Shown here: piece after piece, positions 10,939 through 21,444 of the stretch
How the letters are laid out: the number at the start of each line of letters is the position of its first letter
Numbering within the stretch: the stretch's first letter is position 1
Source of the DNA: Bacteroidia bacterium
GTDB taxonomy: Bacteria; Bacteroidota; Bacteroidia; Cytophagales; Cyclobacteriaceae
DNA length: 64,000 nt
Reading direction: 5' to 3'
NCBI GenBank assembly: GCA_031401775.1
Contig: JANNRV010000128.1
Coordinates: 13,918-77,917, forward strand
The notes under the pieces: model-generated
The model's database searches: none
What the model saw: only the letters and a program-made list of their open reading frames with translations
Told to the model about the DNA's origin: nothing
Made by a program: the position numbers and the translations under genes

Positions 10939-12048
10939 ATGAAGACACGTCTACTGCTTTCTTTTATTATCCTCCTATTGTTTCTTGAATCCTGCAGCTC
11001 TGGAAAATCTGCCTATAAGCATGGCGATTATTATGATGCTGTACTTCAGGCTGTGCAGCGGCTTCGTCAAAAGCCGGATCATAAAAAATCAAAAGAAGTA
11101 TTGAGCCTAAGTTACAAAGCTGCGGTAGATTTTCTGGAATCCGATGCACAAAATCAGATTAACTCCAATGCCAATTTCAAATGGAAGACGGCCGTTAAAA
11201 ATTATGAAAAGATCAACCATCTCTACGAAGAAATCCAGAAGTCTCCAGGAGCTAAGCAAGTGATTTCGAATCCCATCAGTAAATACAAAGAGCTAACAGA
11301 TGTAAAAGCAAAAGCAGCGGAAGAAAGTTATGAAGCGGGGCTTCAGTCTATGTTAAAAAATACGAGAGAAGATGCCAAGCAAGCCTATTTCTTATTTACA
11401 GATGCTAACAACTATAGCCCTGGCTATAGTGAAGCCATAGAAATGATTGAGCAATCCAAGTTCAATGCTACACTAAAAGTAGTTGTTGAACCAACCGTTC
11501 AAAATTCACAGGATTGGAATTTTGAGCCACTCGTTTTTGGCTACATCGCTAATCAATTTGTCAAGTTCTATACACCACAACAGTCGCAAGAAGCCAATTT
11601 GCCAAAAGTTGATCAGTTTCTTAAAGTTAACGTGAACGGATTTCAAGAGAATAGGCCGGTTATCACCAAGCGATCAGAAAGTTACAAAGACAGTGTAAAG
11701 ACGGGAGAGAAAGTTGTGAACGGACTTAAAGTGCCTGTCTATCAAAAAGTGTCAGCGGAGTTAACGATTTATACCAAAGTCGTGCGTGCCCGTGGATCAG
11801 CAAGCCTTGTGATTATCGATGCAGCCAGCAGGGCAGAAATAAAAAATCAAGAATTGGTAAGCAGCACCGACTGGACTTATCAATGGGCCACCTCCTCGGG
11901 CGATGCGAGAGCCTTATCCAAATCAAATCGTGATCTTACTGCAAAGCGAGAAGCTTCCTATCAGGCTGGCTCTCTTATGGCACAAACCAAACGGGAATTA
12001 GATCAACAACTTTCTAATATCATCGCAGGGTTCTACAAAAAATACTGA
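10939..12048 (+). CDS. Hypothetical lipoprotein
   Basis: 369 aa with lipobox LESC and a helical N-terminal half. Confidence 0.7.
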   Translation: MKTRLLLSFIILLLFLESCSSGKSAYKHGDYYDAVLQAVQRLRQKPDHKKSKEVLSLSYKAAVDFLESDAQNQINSNANFKWKTAVKNYEKINHLYEEIQKSPGAKQVISNPISKYKELTDVKAKAAEESYEAGLQSMLKNTREDAKQAYFLFTDANNYSPGYSEAIEMIEQSKFNATLKVVVEPTVQNSQDWNFEPLVFGYIANQFVKFYTPQQSQEANLPKVDQFLKVNVNGFQENRPVITKRSESYKDSVKTGEKVVNGLKVPVYQKVSAELTIYTKVVRARGSASLVIIDAASRAEIKNQELVSSTDWTYQWATSSGDARALSKSNRDLTAKREASYQAGSLMAQTKRELDQQLSNIIAGFYKKY

Positions 12049-12152
12049 AGATTGTTGGAGATCTGACAATTGATTCAGTTTGTTAAAACTATTAATAAAG
12101 GAAACAGGTTATTAGTCGTTAAAGCAACAACTTGTTTGATTAATACTGCCTT

Positions 12153-12698
12153 ATGAGTAAAATGAATTTGCAACTCTCCACTTTTGGAGCTGGCTGTTTC
12201 TGGTGCACAGAAGCAGTATTTCTTCGTATAAAAGGAGTAGAATCAGTAACATCAGGCTATGCAGGAGGTAAAATTAAGAACCCAACTTACCGTGAAATCT
12301 GCAGCGGCCTTACAGGCCATGCAGAGGTAATTCAAATTAGCTATAATCCATTATTGGTTTCATTCGAAGAGCTGTTGGAAATCTTTTGGAATACCCATGA
12401 CCCAACCACATTAAATAAACAGGGAGCGGATGAAGGGACACAATACCGATCGGTCATATTCTATCACAACGAAGAGCAGAAAAAGCTTGCTGAGCAATAC
12501 AAAACTCAATTGGAGACTTCCCGGATTTTCAAAAATCCGATTGTAACAGAGATAAGTCCATTACCGGAATTCTATAAAGCAGAGGATTATCATCAGGATT
12601 ACTATGAACTTAACCAAAGTCAGGGCTATTGCCAATATGTAATACGACCTAAGGTAGAAAAGCTAAAGAAGCAATTTGAAAGCAAACTCAGAGTGTAA
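12153..12698 (+). CDS. msrA: Peptide-methionine (S)-S-oxide reductase
   Basis: GAGCFWC active-site motif and AEDYHQDY. Confidence 0.95.
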   Translation: MSKMNLQLSTFGAGCFWCTEAVFLRIKGVESVTSGYAGGKIKNPTYREICSGLTGHAEVIQISYNPLLVSFEELLEIFWNTHDPTTLNKQGADEGTQYRSVIFYHNEEQKKLAEQYKTQLETSRIFKNPIVTEISPLPEFYKAEDYHQDYYELNQSQGYCQYVIRPKVEKLKKQFESKLRV

Positions 12699-12815
12699 TT
12701 GGCATTCAGATTAGAAGATTCAACGATTTATATCATTTCTTGCAACCAAATAAATCTGAAATCGTTTTGAAACACAAAGCAAGAGTAATCTTCTCATAGG
12801 TTTAGGTTTAGGTAG

Positions 12816-12845
12816 CAAAAAACCCCAATTCAATGGGGTTTTTTG
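12816..12845. terminator. Intrinsic terminator, symmetric (bidirectional)
   Basis: CAAAAAACCCCA-attcaa-TGGGGTTTTTTG hairpin. Confidence 0.8.
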
Positions 12846-12991
12846 TTGTCCAATTACCCCAAAGCGGTGTCACCTATCTCTCTCATTCCGATTAATATGT
12901 TTGGAAAATAGGTCGCGAAAGGGACAAAAGAACTTTATTAAAAAACCTTTTGGACACTAAAACAGTATTAGTATTGCAAATAATTTCAATC

Positions 12992-13480
12992 ATGAAAAAC
13001 CTACACCTCCTAAATTTGTTCTTATTAATAACAGCACTTTCAAGCTGTGCCCAAAACAAACCAAAAAATGTTGCTGCTATGCGACCGGACTATATAAAAA
13101 AGACAAATGTTGAGTGGAAGAAAGAACTCACTCCCGAGCAATACTATGTCTTAAGAGAAAAAGGAACTGAGCGCGCCTGGAGTGGAGAATACGCTGACAA
13201 CCATGAAAAAGGAACTTACTATTGCGCTGGTTGCCATCTTGAGCTTTTTGATTCCGAAACCAAATTTGAATCCGGAACAGGCTGGCCAAGTTTTTATAAA
13301 CCATTATCCGGTGATGTTGTGACCGTAGGAACTGACACCAGCTATGGAATGGTACGCGATGAAGTAGAATGTGCTCGTTGCGGAGGGCATCTGGGCCATG
13401 TGTTCCCGGACGGCCCCAAGCCAACAGGCCTACGCTATTGTATGAATTCCGTCTCCATGAAGTTTGAAAAGAAGAAATAA
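12992..13480 (+). CDS. msrB: Peptide-methionine (R)-S-oxide reductase, with a lipoprotein signal
   Basis: [17 protein letters not shown] and RYCMNS motifs, two CxxC Zn motifs. N-terminus [19 protein letters not shown]. Confidence 0.93.
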   Translation: MKNLHLLNLFLLITALSSCAQNKPKNVAAMRPDYIKKTNVEWKKELTPEQYYVLREKGTERAWSGEYADNHEKGTYYCAGCHLELFDSETKFESGTGWPSFYKPLSGDVVTVGTDTSYGMVRDEVECARCGGHLGHVFPDGPKPTGLRYCMNSVSMKFEKKK

Positions 13481-13503
13481 AGGCGGTCATTTATCTACCA
13501 TAG

Positions 13504-13533
13504 AAGGCCTTGGGTAATCCTAAGGCCTTTTTT
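13504..13533 (+). terminator. Intrinsic terminator after msrB
   Basis: AAGGCCTTGGG-taat-CCTAAGGCCTT followed by a T run. Confidence 0.75.
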
Positions 13534-13561
13534 ATTAACTTCATGGAAAAATTATACTTCT

Positions 13562-14416
13562 ATGTGCAGACTTATGGCCTATAAAGGCACTCCCATTATA
13601 ATTGACAAGCTTCTGTATCAGCCTAAAAACTCGCTTATTAACCAAAGCAGTAATGCCAGAGAAATTGAAGAACCACTGAATGGCGATGGATTTGGGATAG
13701 GTTGGTATGCACAGGAAGTAAATGATGAACCGGCAACATTCGTCTCTGTAAGCCCTGCGTGGAGCAGCCGCAACTTGCGCAATCTGGCACCCAAGATCAA
13801 GACCAATTGCATGATTGCACACGTGAGGGCTGCCAGCGTGGGTGAAGTCTCTGAATCAAATTGCCATCCCTTCCACTACAAGAATCTTCTGATGGCCCAC
13901 AATGGTGGTGTCGAAAATTTTTCACTTATCAAAAGGTTACTGCGAGAGCCACTCAGTAATGAACTTTACAATTGGATCAAAGGTCAAACCGATTCAGAGC
14001 ACATCTTCGCCTACCTTGTTAGTTATCTGTTTAAAAATCACAAAGTAGTTACGGCTGATGCTGTCGCTGATGCCTTTGAACACACCTTCACTTACATTAA
14101 CCACCTCATGAAGCAGGTGGGCATTACTGATGCTGCTTACCTAAACATGGCCATTACCAATGGAAAATTTATGGTCGCTACACGTTATGTATCCGATCCT
14201 AAAGAAGATGCGCTTACTCTCTATCATTCGGAAGGAAGTCGGTATGTTGTGGAGGACGGAATCACACGTATGGAAGCTCCTCAAGACGATGATAATGCCG
14301 TACTCGTTGTCTCCGAAAAACTTACGGATGGAAAAGAGTGGACACTTATTCCGAAAAATCATTTCGTGATTGTTGAAGACTCGTTGAATGTAAGAGTAAA
14401 ACCAATTAGGGTTTAA
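13562..14416 (+). CDS. Class II glutamine amidotransferase (EgtC/YafJ-like)
   Basis: N-terminal MCRL, NGDGFGIGWY, NCHPF, HNG and GQTDSE motifs. Confidence 0.9.
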   Translation: MCRLMAYKGTPIIIDKLLYQPKNSLINQSSNAREIEEPLNGDGFGIGWYAQEVNDEPATFVSVSPAWSSRNLRNLAPKIKTNCMIAHVRAASVGEVSESNCHPFHYKNLLMAHNGGVENFSLIKRLLREPLSNELYNWIKGQTDSEHIFAYLVSYLFKNHKVVTADAVADAFEHTFTYINHLMKQVGITDAAYLNMAITNGKFMVATRYVSDPKEDALTLYHSEGSRYVVEDGITRMEAPQDDDNAVLVVSEKLTDGKEWTLIPKNHFVIVEDSLNVRVKPIRV

Positions 14417-14503
14417 AAATCTAAGCTAGGCTTACCACTTACTTGGAAATCTTAGCATTTGTATTCAGTTGAGTGGGATAGATTTTTTAATTAAGTTTGA
14501 AAT

Positions 14504-14764
14504 ATGGTGATCGACAAGAAAAAATTGAAAGTCAAAAATATTCGCGATAAAGACGGAAACAAGGGAGTATTTATTCCTTCAGAGGATTGGAAGGCCTTTA
14601 AAAACGAACTTGACAATCTGAAAAAAAAAGCCTTGGGTAAGCAACCGGCAAAGGGAAAGCCCTCCGTCTATGATGATGTAAGAGAAGCACTGATTGAAGT
14701 TAAGTTGATCCGGGAAGGAAAGATTCGAGCAATGGATGCCAAAACTTGGCTGCGTGGGTTATAA
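14504..14764 (+). CDS. Putative type II antitoxin
   Basis: 86 aa, overlapping the start of a RelE-like toxin gene. TAAGTTTG (-7 promoter element) at 14492-14499. Confidence 0.6.
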   Translation: MVIDKKKLKVKNIRDKDGNKGVFIPSEDWKAFKNELDNLKKKALGKQPAKGKPSVYDDVREALIEVKLIREGKIRAMDAKTWLRGL

Positions 14765-15095
14765 TGTCTACGTCACCACCCGTTTTCGAAAAGAAGCTGA
14801 AAAAATAATAAGGGTCTACCCTTCTTTTAAAACGGATATTGATCGCTTGATAGATTCCTTGTCACTATTTCCCGACCAAGGTGACCATCTCGGTCAGGGA
14901 ATATTCAAAATAAGAATACCTATTTCAGGCAAGTCAGCAGGTAAAAGCTATTGAGCAAGAACGATTCACGCTGTATTCTCAGCAAGAGAAGTAGTTTACT
15001 TAATTACGGTCTATGATAAGAGTAGTAAAGGAGATTTAGAATCATCGGAATTAAAGGAGATAATAAGAATGGTTAAGGAATTAAGAAAAATATAG
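14754..15095 (+). pseudogene. RelE/ParE (HigB-like) toxin gene with an internal TGA
   Basis: Frame from GTG 14754 to TAG 15095 is open except for TGA at 14952-14954 (KIRIPISGKSAGKSY*ARTIH...VYLITVYDKS). The stop falls where relatives usually read GKSGGAR. Confidence 0.75.
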
Positions 15096-16292
15096 ATGAC
15101 CTACGACATCGTCATCATTGGTGGAGGAATTGTCGGGCTCGCTACCGCCTTTCAACTCAAAAAATCCAATCCAAATCTAAAGCTTGTTCTTCTCGAGAAG
15201 GAGAATCAATTAGCGAAACACCAAACAGGAAATAACAGCGGTGTGATTCACTCCGGGCTGTATTACAAACCGGGCAGTCTTAAAGCAATCAACTGCATTC
15301 ACGGTTATCATCTGTTGATTGATTTTTGTCGTGCCAATGAAATTCCTTTTGAGCTTTGCGGAAAGATTGTTGTCGCTACCGAAGAACAAGAACTTCCACT
15401 TCTGGAAAGTTTATATAAGCGTGGTGAGCAAAACGGCCTTCAAAATCTAAAAAAACTAAGCAAAGATCAACTTAAGGAATATGAACCGCACGTGAATGGC
15501 CTCGCAGGAATTTTTGTGCCTCAAACAGGAATTGTAGATTACAAAAAAGTAGCAGAAAAATATGGTGATCTTATTCAAGAAGCCGGTGCCGAAATCCATT
15601 TTGGAGAACAAGTGATCGGTGTTCAGCAAAATGAAAATAAAAAAGTAGTCATTACCCAAAAGACAAGCTACACCACTCGTTTGGTAATCAATTGTGCGGG
15701 CCTTTATTCCGACAAAGTGGCTCGCATGACGGTAGAGAAATTAAATGTGAAGATTATTCCATTCCGGGGGGAATACTTTAAACTCAGAAAGGAGAAAGAG
15801 TACCTGGTCAAAAATTTAATCTATCCTGTGCCCGATCCTAACTTCCCATTTCTCGGAGTTCACTTCACAAGAATGGCCAAAGGCGGAGTTGAGGCCGGGC
15901 CTAATGCAGTACTTGCTTTCAGAAGAGAAGGTTATAAAAAGACAGATATCAATCTTGCCGAACTTGCCGAAACTTTAGCATGGCCGGGATTTCAAAAAGT
16001 GGCGGCTAAATATTGGAGAACAGGCTTTGGGGAAATGTACCGTTCTTTTTCTAAGGCCGCTTTTACCAAAGCACTTCAAAAACTTATTCCCGAAATACAG
16101 CAGGAAGACTTAGTGGAAGGTGGTGCCGGAGTTCGGGCACAAGCATGCGACCGTGAGGGAGGACTGGTGGATGATTTTATGATTTTGGAAGAACCCAATG
16201 TGATTAACGTGTGTAATGCACCTTCACCTGCTGCCACATCATCGTTGGCTATTGGTGAGACCGTGGCCAAGCTTGCGTTGGAAAGGCTTTGA
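15096..16292 (+). CDS. lhgO: L-2-hydroxyglutarate oxidase
   Basis: GGGIVG FAD motif, HQTGNNSGVIHSGLYY, PFRGEY, PFLGVHFT and NAPSPAATSSLAIG. Confidence 0.9.
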   Translation: MTYDIVIIGGGIVGLATAFQLKKSNPNLKLVLLEKENQLAKHQTGNNSGVIHSGLYYKPGSLKAINCIHGYHLLIDFCRANEIPFELCGKIVVATEEQELPLLESLYKRGEQNGLQNLKKLSKDQLKEYEPHVNGLAGIFVPQTGIVDYKKVAEKYGDLIQEAGAEIHFGEQVIGVQQNENKKVVITQKTSYTTRLVINCAGLYSDKVARMTVEKLNVKIIPFRGEYFKLRKEKEYLVKNLIYPVPDPNFPFLGVHFTRMAKGGVEAGPNAVLAFRREGYKKTDINLAELAETLAWPGFQKVAAKYWRTGFGEMYRSFSKAAFTKALQKLIPEIQQEDLVEGGAGVRAQACDREGGLVDDFMILEEPNVINVCNAPSPAATSSLAIGETVAKLALERL

Positions 16293-16293
16293 T

Positions 16294-16677
16294 CTATTTT
16301 ACGGCAGTCACCTCTATTTCAACCAAATAATCAGGATCAATCAAAGCACTCACTTCCACCATACTCGTTGCCGGCTTTATATCTTTAAAAAATTCTCCGT
16401 GAGCTTTACCGACTTCTACCCAATGGGTAATATCTGTGACGAACATGCGTGTGCGAACTACATTCTTTAAGGTAAACCCAGCCTTCAAGAGCACTGACTC
16501 AATCTTTGCGATTATGAATTTTGTTTGAAGGTAGAAATCATTTTTACCTACAATTCCATTGTCGTCAACGGCAACGGTTCCGGAAACCTCAATGGTGTTG
16601 CCCATCTGTACTGCGCGACTGTAGCCAACTATATCTTCCCATTTTGCTCCGGTGGAGTAATTCTTTCTTTCCGTCAT
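16294..16677 (-). CDS. RidA-family protein
   Basis: GYSRAV, VVRTRMFVTDI, PATSMVEVSALI and LVEIEVTA. Read on the minus strand from the ATG at 16677. Confidence 0.9.
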   Translation of the reverse strand: MTERKNYSTGAKWEDIVGYSRAVQMGNTIEVSGTVAVDDNGIVGKNDFYLQTKFIIAKIESVLLKAGFTLKNVVRTRMFVTDITHWVEVGKAHGEFFKDIKPATSMVEVSALIDPDYLVEIEVTAVK

Positions 16678-16724
16678 TGGTTAAATTTTAATAGATAAGT
16701 ATCGTTATTTGCCAAAGATAAACC

Positions 16725-17855
16725 ATGAGAAAAGACAACTTTAATTCCGCTGAATTAAACCGCTACAGCCGTCATCTGGTCTTACCCGGATTTGGCGGGG
16801 ATGCACAATTAAAACTCAAAAAGGCAAAAGTAATTGTCGTGGGTGCCGGAGGATTGGGATCCCCGGTTCTTCTTTATCTGACAGCAGCAGGCGTTGGTGA
16901 AATTGGTGTGATTGATTTTGATCAAGTAAGTGAATCCAATCTTCAGCGCCAGGTTCTTTTTACGATGGACGACTTAGAGAAAAGCAAAGCTCAGTCTGCG
17001 GCTACTCGATTGAGTAAGTTAAATCCTCATGTCATTTTTAATCCGATTACTCAAAAGCTCACTCCCGCCAATGCTTTAGAGATTTTGAAAAGCTATGATT
17101 TGGTCATTGATGCCACGGATAATTTTCCAACACGATACTTAGTCAATGATGCCTGTGTTCTACTCGATATTCCGATGATTTATGGATCAATATTTCGATA
17201 CGAAGGTCAAGTAGCGTTATTTAATTATCACGGTAGTTTAAATTACCGTGACCTCTACCCTACTCCTCCAGCACATGGATCAGTTCCTGATTGCGAGCAG
17301 GGCGGAGTGCTTGGAGTATTAGCTGGTATCATTGGCAGTATTCAAGCCAACGAAGCCATTAAAGTAATTACTGGAATAGGCGAGCCGTTGGTAGGCAAGC
17401 TGCTTATTCTGGATAGCCTCACATTAGAAACACAAATCATTACCCTGACTGATCATCATGAACGAAATAATATCAAGAAGTTGATAGATTATGATGATTT
17501 TTGTGGGATTAATGGAAAGAAAAAAGAAAATTTGAGCATGAAAGAAGTAACAGTACAAGAATTAAAAGCACTGAGGGACAGTGGAGCGGATTTTCAACTG
17601 ATTGATGTTCGTGAGCCTCATGAATATGATATCTGTAATTTGGACGGTGAGCTTATCCCTCAAGCCGAAATACCACACAATACCGATAAAATTGCTACGG
17701 ACAAGAAAGTAGTCATTCACTGTCGAAGTGGAGCGCGGAGTGGCAACATGGTGCAATGGCTGGAGAAAAATAAAGGCTATACTAATCTTTACAACCTGAA
17801 GGGTGGAATTTTAGCTTGGGCTAAGGAGATTGATACTACCATGCCTACCTACTAG
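16725..17855 (+). CDS. moeB: MoeB/ThiF adenylyltransferase fused to a rhodanese (MoeZ type)
   Basis: RYSRH, GAGGLG, SNLQRQ and TDNF motifs. C-terminal rhodanese with HCRSGARS. Confidence 0.85.
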   Translation: MRKDNFNSAELNRYSRHLVLPGFGGDAQLKLKKAKVIVVGAGGLGSPVLLYLTAAGVGEIGVIDFDQVSESNLQRQVLFTMDDLEKSKAQSAATRLSKLNPHVIFNPITQKLTPANALEILKSYDLVIDATDNFPTRYLVNDACVLLDIPMIYGSIFRYEGQVALFNYHGSLNYRDLYPTPPAHGSVPDCEQGGVLGVLAGIIGSIQANEAIKVITGIGEPLVGKLLILDSLTLETQIITLTDHHERNNIKKLIDYDDFCGINGKKKENLSMKEVTVQELKALRDSGADFQLIDVREPHEYDICNLDGELIPQAEIPHNTDKIATDKKVVIHCRSGARSGNMVQWLEKNKGYTNLYNLKGGILAWAKEIDTTMPTY

Positions 17856-17871
17856 GCACAAGGCTGTTTCA

Positions 17872-19074
17872 TTATTTGCTACTTTGAATCGCCTGCTCGA
17901 TATCACCCTTGATATCTTGAATATCTTCCAGACCAAGGGATACACGGATTAATCCCGGAGAGATACCAACCGCAGTGCGCTCGGCATCTGTAAGTTTCGA
18001 ATGTGTGGTGGAGGCGGGATGGGTCGCAATTGTACGGGTATCGCCCAGGTTGGCGGTATGTGATATCATCTTTAGTGCATTAAGGAACTTACGACCTCTT
18101 TCTATTCCTCCTTTGATTTCAAAAGTTACTACACCTCCGCCCAGTTTCATTTGTTTCTGTGCCAATGCATGCTGTGGATGCGATGGAAGAAAAGGATACT
18201 TTACTTTCAAGATTTCTGTATGACCTTCCAGATAACCGGCAAGGGTTAATGCATTCCCGCAATGTCTTTCCATCCTCACCGCTAAGGTCTCCAGACTTTT
18301 TGAAAGTACCCAGGCATTGAAGGGTGACATAGAAGGACCTGTGTGTCTGGCAAAAAATCTCACTTCTTTAATCAATTCTTTTTTCCCCAAGACAGCACCA
18401 CCAATTACCCTCCCCTGTCCGTCTATAAATTTTGTAGCCGAGTGCGTTACGAGATGTGCTCCCCATTTAGCAGGGTTTTGCAAATAAGGTGTGGCAAAGC
18501 AATTATCCACATTCAAGATCAAATTATGTTTGTTGGCAAGTTTTCCCAACCATTCCAAGTCAATAAGATCAAGGGCAGGATTGGAGGGGGTCTCCACAAA
18601 GATCATTTTCGTACTGGGAAGAATAAGTTTCTCCCATGTGGCCGGCTCATTGATCTCTGCATACGTATAGGTAATTCCAACGCGTGGAAAAATGGTGTTT
18701 AAGATTTGATGCGTTGAGCCGAACACAGAACGGGAGGCCAAAATATGGTCGCCTGATTTTAATAATGAAGCCATACTAATGTACATAGCTGCCATACCCG
18801 AAGCTGTCGCAATGCCATCTTCGGTTCCCTCCAGCAAGCAAAGCTTATCTATAAACTCGCTATTGTTGGGATTGGAGAAGCGTGTGTAAATGTTGCCCTG
18901 TACTTCATCGGCAAACAAAGCCCTTGCCTGCTCCGCATCATCAAATACAAAACTGGAAGTAAGATAAAGTGGTACAGAATGCTCACGAAAAGGAGTCCTA
19001 TCACTTTGGGTTCGAATGGCATCGGTTTCAGAATATCCTTTCTTATCCTCTGCTTTATTTTCTTCCTTTTCCAT
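17872..19074 (-). CDS. metZ: PLP-dependent trans-sulfuration enzyme, O-succinylhomoserine sulfhydrylase-like
   Basis: YTRFSNP, ETPSNP, VDNCFATP, HSATKFIDGQG (PLP lysine) and ANLGDTRT. Confidence 0.75.
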   Translation of the reverse strand: MEKEENKAEDKKGYSETDAIRTQSDRTPFREHSVPLYLTSSFVFDDAEQARALFADEVQGNIYTRFSNPNNSEFIDKLCLLEGTEDGIATASGMAAMYISMASLLKSGDHILASRSVFGSTHQILNTIFPRVGITYTYAEINEPATWEKLILPSTKMIFVETPSNPALDLIDLEWLGKLANKHNLILNVDNCFATPYLQNPAKWGAHLVTHSATKFIDGQGRVIGGAVLGKKELIKEVRFFARHTGPSMSPFNAWVLSKSLETLAVRMERHCGNALTLAGYLEGHTEILKVKYPFLPSHPQHALAQKQMKLGGGVVTFEIKGGIERGRKFLNALKMISHTANLGDTRTIATHPASTTHSKLTDAERTAVGISPGLIRVSLGLEDIQDIKGDIEQAIQSSK

Positions 19075-19084
19075 GGGGCCCTTT

Positions 19085-20479
19085 TTAAGAATTTATATTT
19101 GCCTGCCGCTTCTCCGGCCAGATTAAACTACCGCCAACCAACGCGAAGATACTTACCAGTAATGCTGGTACAAGAATAGGCCAGGTCGTATCATAAAATT
19201 GAAATATCGCCCAGGTGAGCAAACCTAATACCATAGAAAGCAATGCTCCCGTAGGGCTTGATCGTTTCCAATAAAGTCCAAAAACAAGCGGAGCAAATAA
19301 AGATACTAAACTCAGCACCGAGGACTCGCCAACAAGTTCGTATATATTTGAGCGCAAACACGCCATCACTGTGGCAATGGCAGCAAAGAGTAAAACAGAT
19401 AAACGTGTGATCACTAACAACCTTTGATCGGTAAGTTTGTCTTTCATCATTGGCTTGATCAGGTTCTCAGAGAAAATGGCAGCGGGAGCAAGGATAGCAG
19501 AGCTGGTGGTACTCATTATGGCAGAAAGCAATGAACCAAAAAACAATATCTGAATGGGAAGAGTGGTATGGGCTAACACCATATTCGGCAGTGTGAGTTG
19601 GGTATCTCCATTTAGTTGATCGGGATAAAGATGTTTAGTGCAAAGACTAATAAATAAGGGCAACATCGCGATGGTGAGGTAAAGTCCTGCCGCTATAAAA
19701 CATGATCGCACGGCAGTGCTCACCGAACCTGAGGACATCACGCGCTGAAAAACATCCTGGGATGGAATAGATCCTAAACCTAAAACAGACCAGGCTGCAA
19801 TGTACGTGACCACTTCCTTGAACTGCCATTGAGGTAAGAATCGATAATTTTCAGCCGGTACTTCATTTAGAACCACAAAGACACCTCCGGCCTGCTCTGA
19901 AAGTATGTAGGCCAACACAAACAATCCAACAATGATGATAATGCTTTGAATAAAATCCGTGATGGATATGGCCCACATACCTCCGATATAGGTATAGAAG
20001 GTGACGATGAATGCACTGATGATAACTCCTTCCCAAACGGCAAGGCCGGTCACCACATTTAAGATGAGTCCCATCGCCACTAGTTGTGCCGCGATATATC
20101 CAATATAGGGAGGAGCAAGAAAAATACCCGCCACCAGCTCGGTCTTTTTGCCATACCGTACTTTAAAGAAATCTCCCAGTGTAAGGAGATTCATATTATA
20201 CAATTTACGCGCGAAGAAGAGGCCGAAGAGCACAAGGCATAAAGCAGCTCCAAACGGATCTTCAATCACGGCATAGAGCCCCCCTTTCAGAAATTCGGAA
20301 GACGCACCAAAAACAGTTTCGGAACCAAACCAGGTAGCAAACAAGGCAGAGGAACTTAAGACAATCGGCAGGCTGCGGCCCGCCAACATAAAATCTCCGG
20401 AGGTTTTTACTTTACGTGATGCCCAATACCCAACCAAAATGGTGAGCACTAGATAAATGATAATGGAGGTAAGTAACAA
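19085..20479 (-). CDS. Sodium:solute symporter family protein
   Basis: DFMLAGRSL, ATWFGS and about 13 TM segments. Confidence 0.88.
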   Translation of the reverse strand: MLLTSIIIYLVLTILVGYWASRKVKTSGDFMLAGRSLPIVLSSSALFATWFGSETVFGASSEFLKGGLYAVIEDPFGAALCLVLFGLFFARKLYNMNLLTLGDFFKVRYGKKTELVAGIFLAPPYIGYIAAQLVAMGLILNVVTGLAVWEGVIISAFIVTFYTYIGGMWAISITDFIQSIIIIVGLFVLAYILSEQAGGVFVVLNEVPAENYRFLPQWQFKEVVTYIAAWSVLGLGSIPSQDVFQRVMSSGSVSTAVRSCFIAAGLYLTIAMLPLFISLCTKHLYPDQLNGDTQLTLPNMVLAHTTLPIQILFFGSLLSAIMSTTSSAILAPAAIFSENLIKPMMKDKLTDQRLLVITRLSVLLFAAIATVMACLRSNIYELVGESSVLSLVSLFAPLVFGLYWKRSSPTGALLSMVLGLLTWAIFQFYDTTWPILVPALLVSIFALVGGSLIWPEKRQANINS

Positions 20480-20562
20480 CTCGGCTCTGAATAAAAGCCT
20501 AAAACTATAAAACCTTGGGGTTAAAGCAAGGCTCCATCACAAAGCAACTCTCCTCTGCGGGG

Positions 20563-21444
20563 CTACTTAGGCTTTTTAAGTTGGAATGTACGGGTAACAT
20601 TGAAGCCAAGATGAATGTCGCCATCAAAAAATTGTCCTGTCGTTTCACTAATGAAAGCCCTTTCTGTGAGACCACGGGAATTGCTCATCACCAGCTGGAA
20701 CACGTGACCTCCTGTTTCAATATCAATACCAAAGCCCAGGGAGTTGTAATAGGGATTATTATCTGGAACATTAAAGCGATAATAGTATTCAGAGGTTAAG
20801 GCAATACTACGGCTCACTTTGATTCTGCCGCCCATGCCTAAAGCAAACAGGTCATTGTCTTCGATTGTTTTGTCAACCGTATTTTTATGAACAAACGAAG
20901 GCATCAACTGTAGGGAAAGCTTCGAAGAAAATTTACGCGCAATCAACAATTGGGCGGTATAAGACATTCTATCTTCCATTGTAATATCATACGTAGCATC
21001 TTCCTTCTTGGGAGAAGTTTTTACAGCGGCATTTGCGAAGGCCGTTATGGTGACGGGCATATTCACGGCTCCAGTACTCTGACGGAGCACCTTATAACGA
21101 AGATACGTATCGATGGTCTTATCAACGGAGTTGCGGCCCATGCCCACGCCCAGTCGATCAGTTAATCCATACTCTAGTCCAAGCCTCACATAAGCCTGAT
21201 CTAATCCGAAAAGCTCATAGATTCCCCCATTCATAGGTCCAAAGCGGTGCGCAAAAATAAACTCAAGCGCCCCTTTGCCTTTGGTTTCGATGGTCTGCCC
21301 ATTCACTAAGCGAGTGCCTTTGAAGGAGGCGGTAGCATATTCTGTTTCTGGCTTTTGGCTTTGCTCTAATTCTTTTAAGAGATCGTCCTGTGCGACAACA
21401 CCGTAGGAATGAATAAGTAATGCTGCGAATAATTTTAATTTCAT
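20563..21444 (-). CDS. DUF5777-like outer-membrane beta-barrel protein
   Basis: Signal peptide, FIFAHRFG, LGLEYG and ETGGHVFQL motifs. ATGA overlap with the YceI gene. Confidence 0.75.
   Translation of the reverse strand: MKLKLFAALLIHSYGVVAQDDLLKELEQSQKPETEYATASFKGTRLVNGQTIETKGKGALEFIFAHRFGPMNGGIYELFGLDQAYVRLGLEYGLTDRLGVGMGRNSVDKTIDTYLRYKVLRQSTGAVNMPVTITAFANAAVKTSPKKEDATYDITMEDRMSYTAQLLIARKFSSKLSLQLMPSFVHKNTVDKTIEDNDLFALGMGGRIKVSRSIALTSEYYYRFNVPDNNPYYNSLGFGIDIETGGHVFQLVMSNSRGLTERAFISETTGQFFDGDIHLGFNVTRTFQLKKPK

Noticed and set aside
14952-14954. Selenocysteine or programmed readthrough at the toxin TGA
   Set aside because: The position corresponds to Gly, not Cys, and I see no SECIS-like hairpin. 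A nonsense mutation is simpler.
16725-19074. MoeB-rhodanese plus MetZ as a sulfur-carrier pathway
   Set aside because: The genes are convergent and there is no ThiS/MoaD-like carrier in the window.
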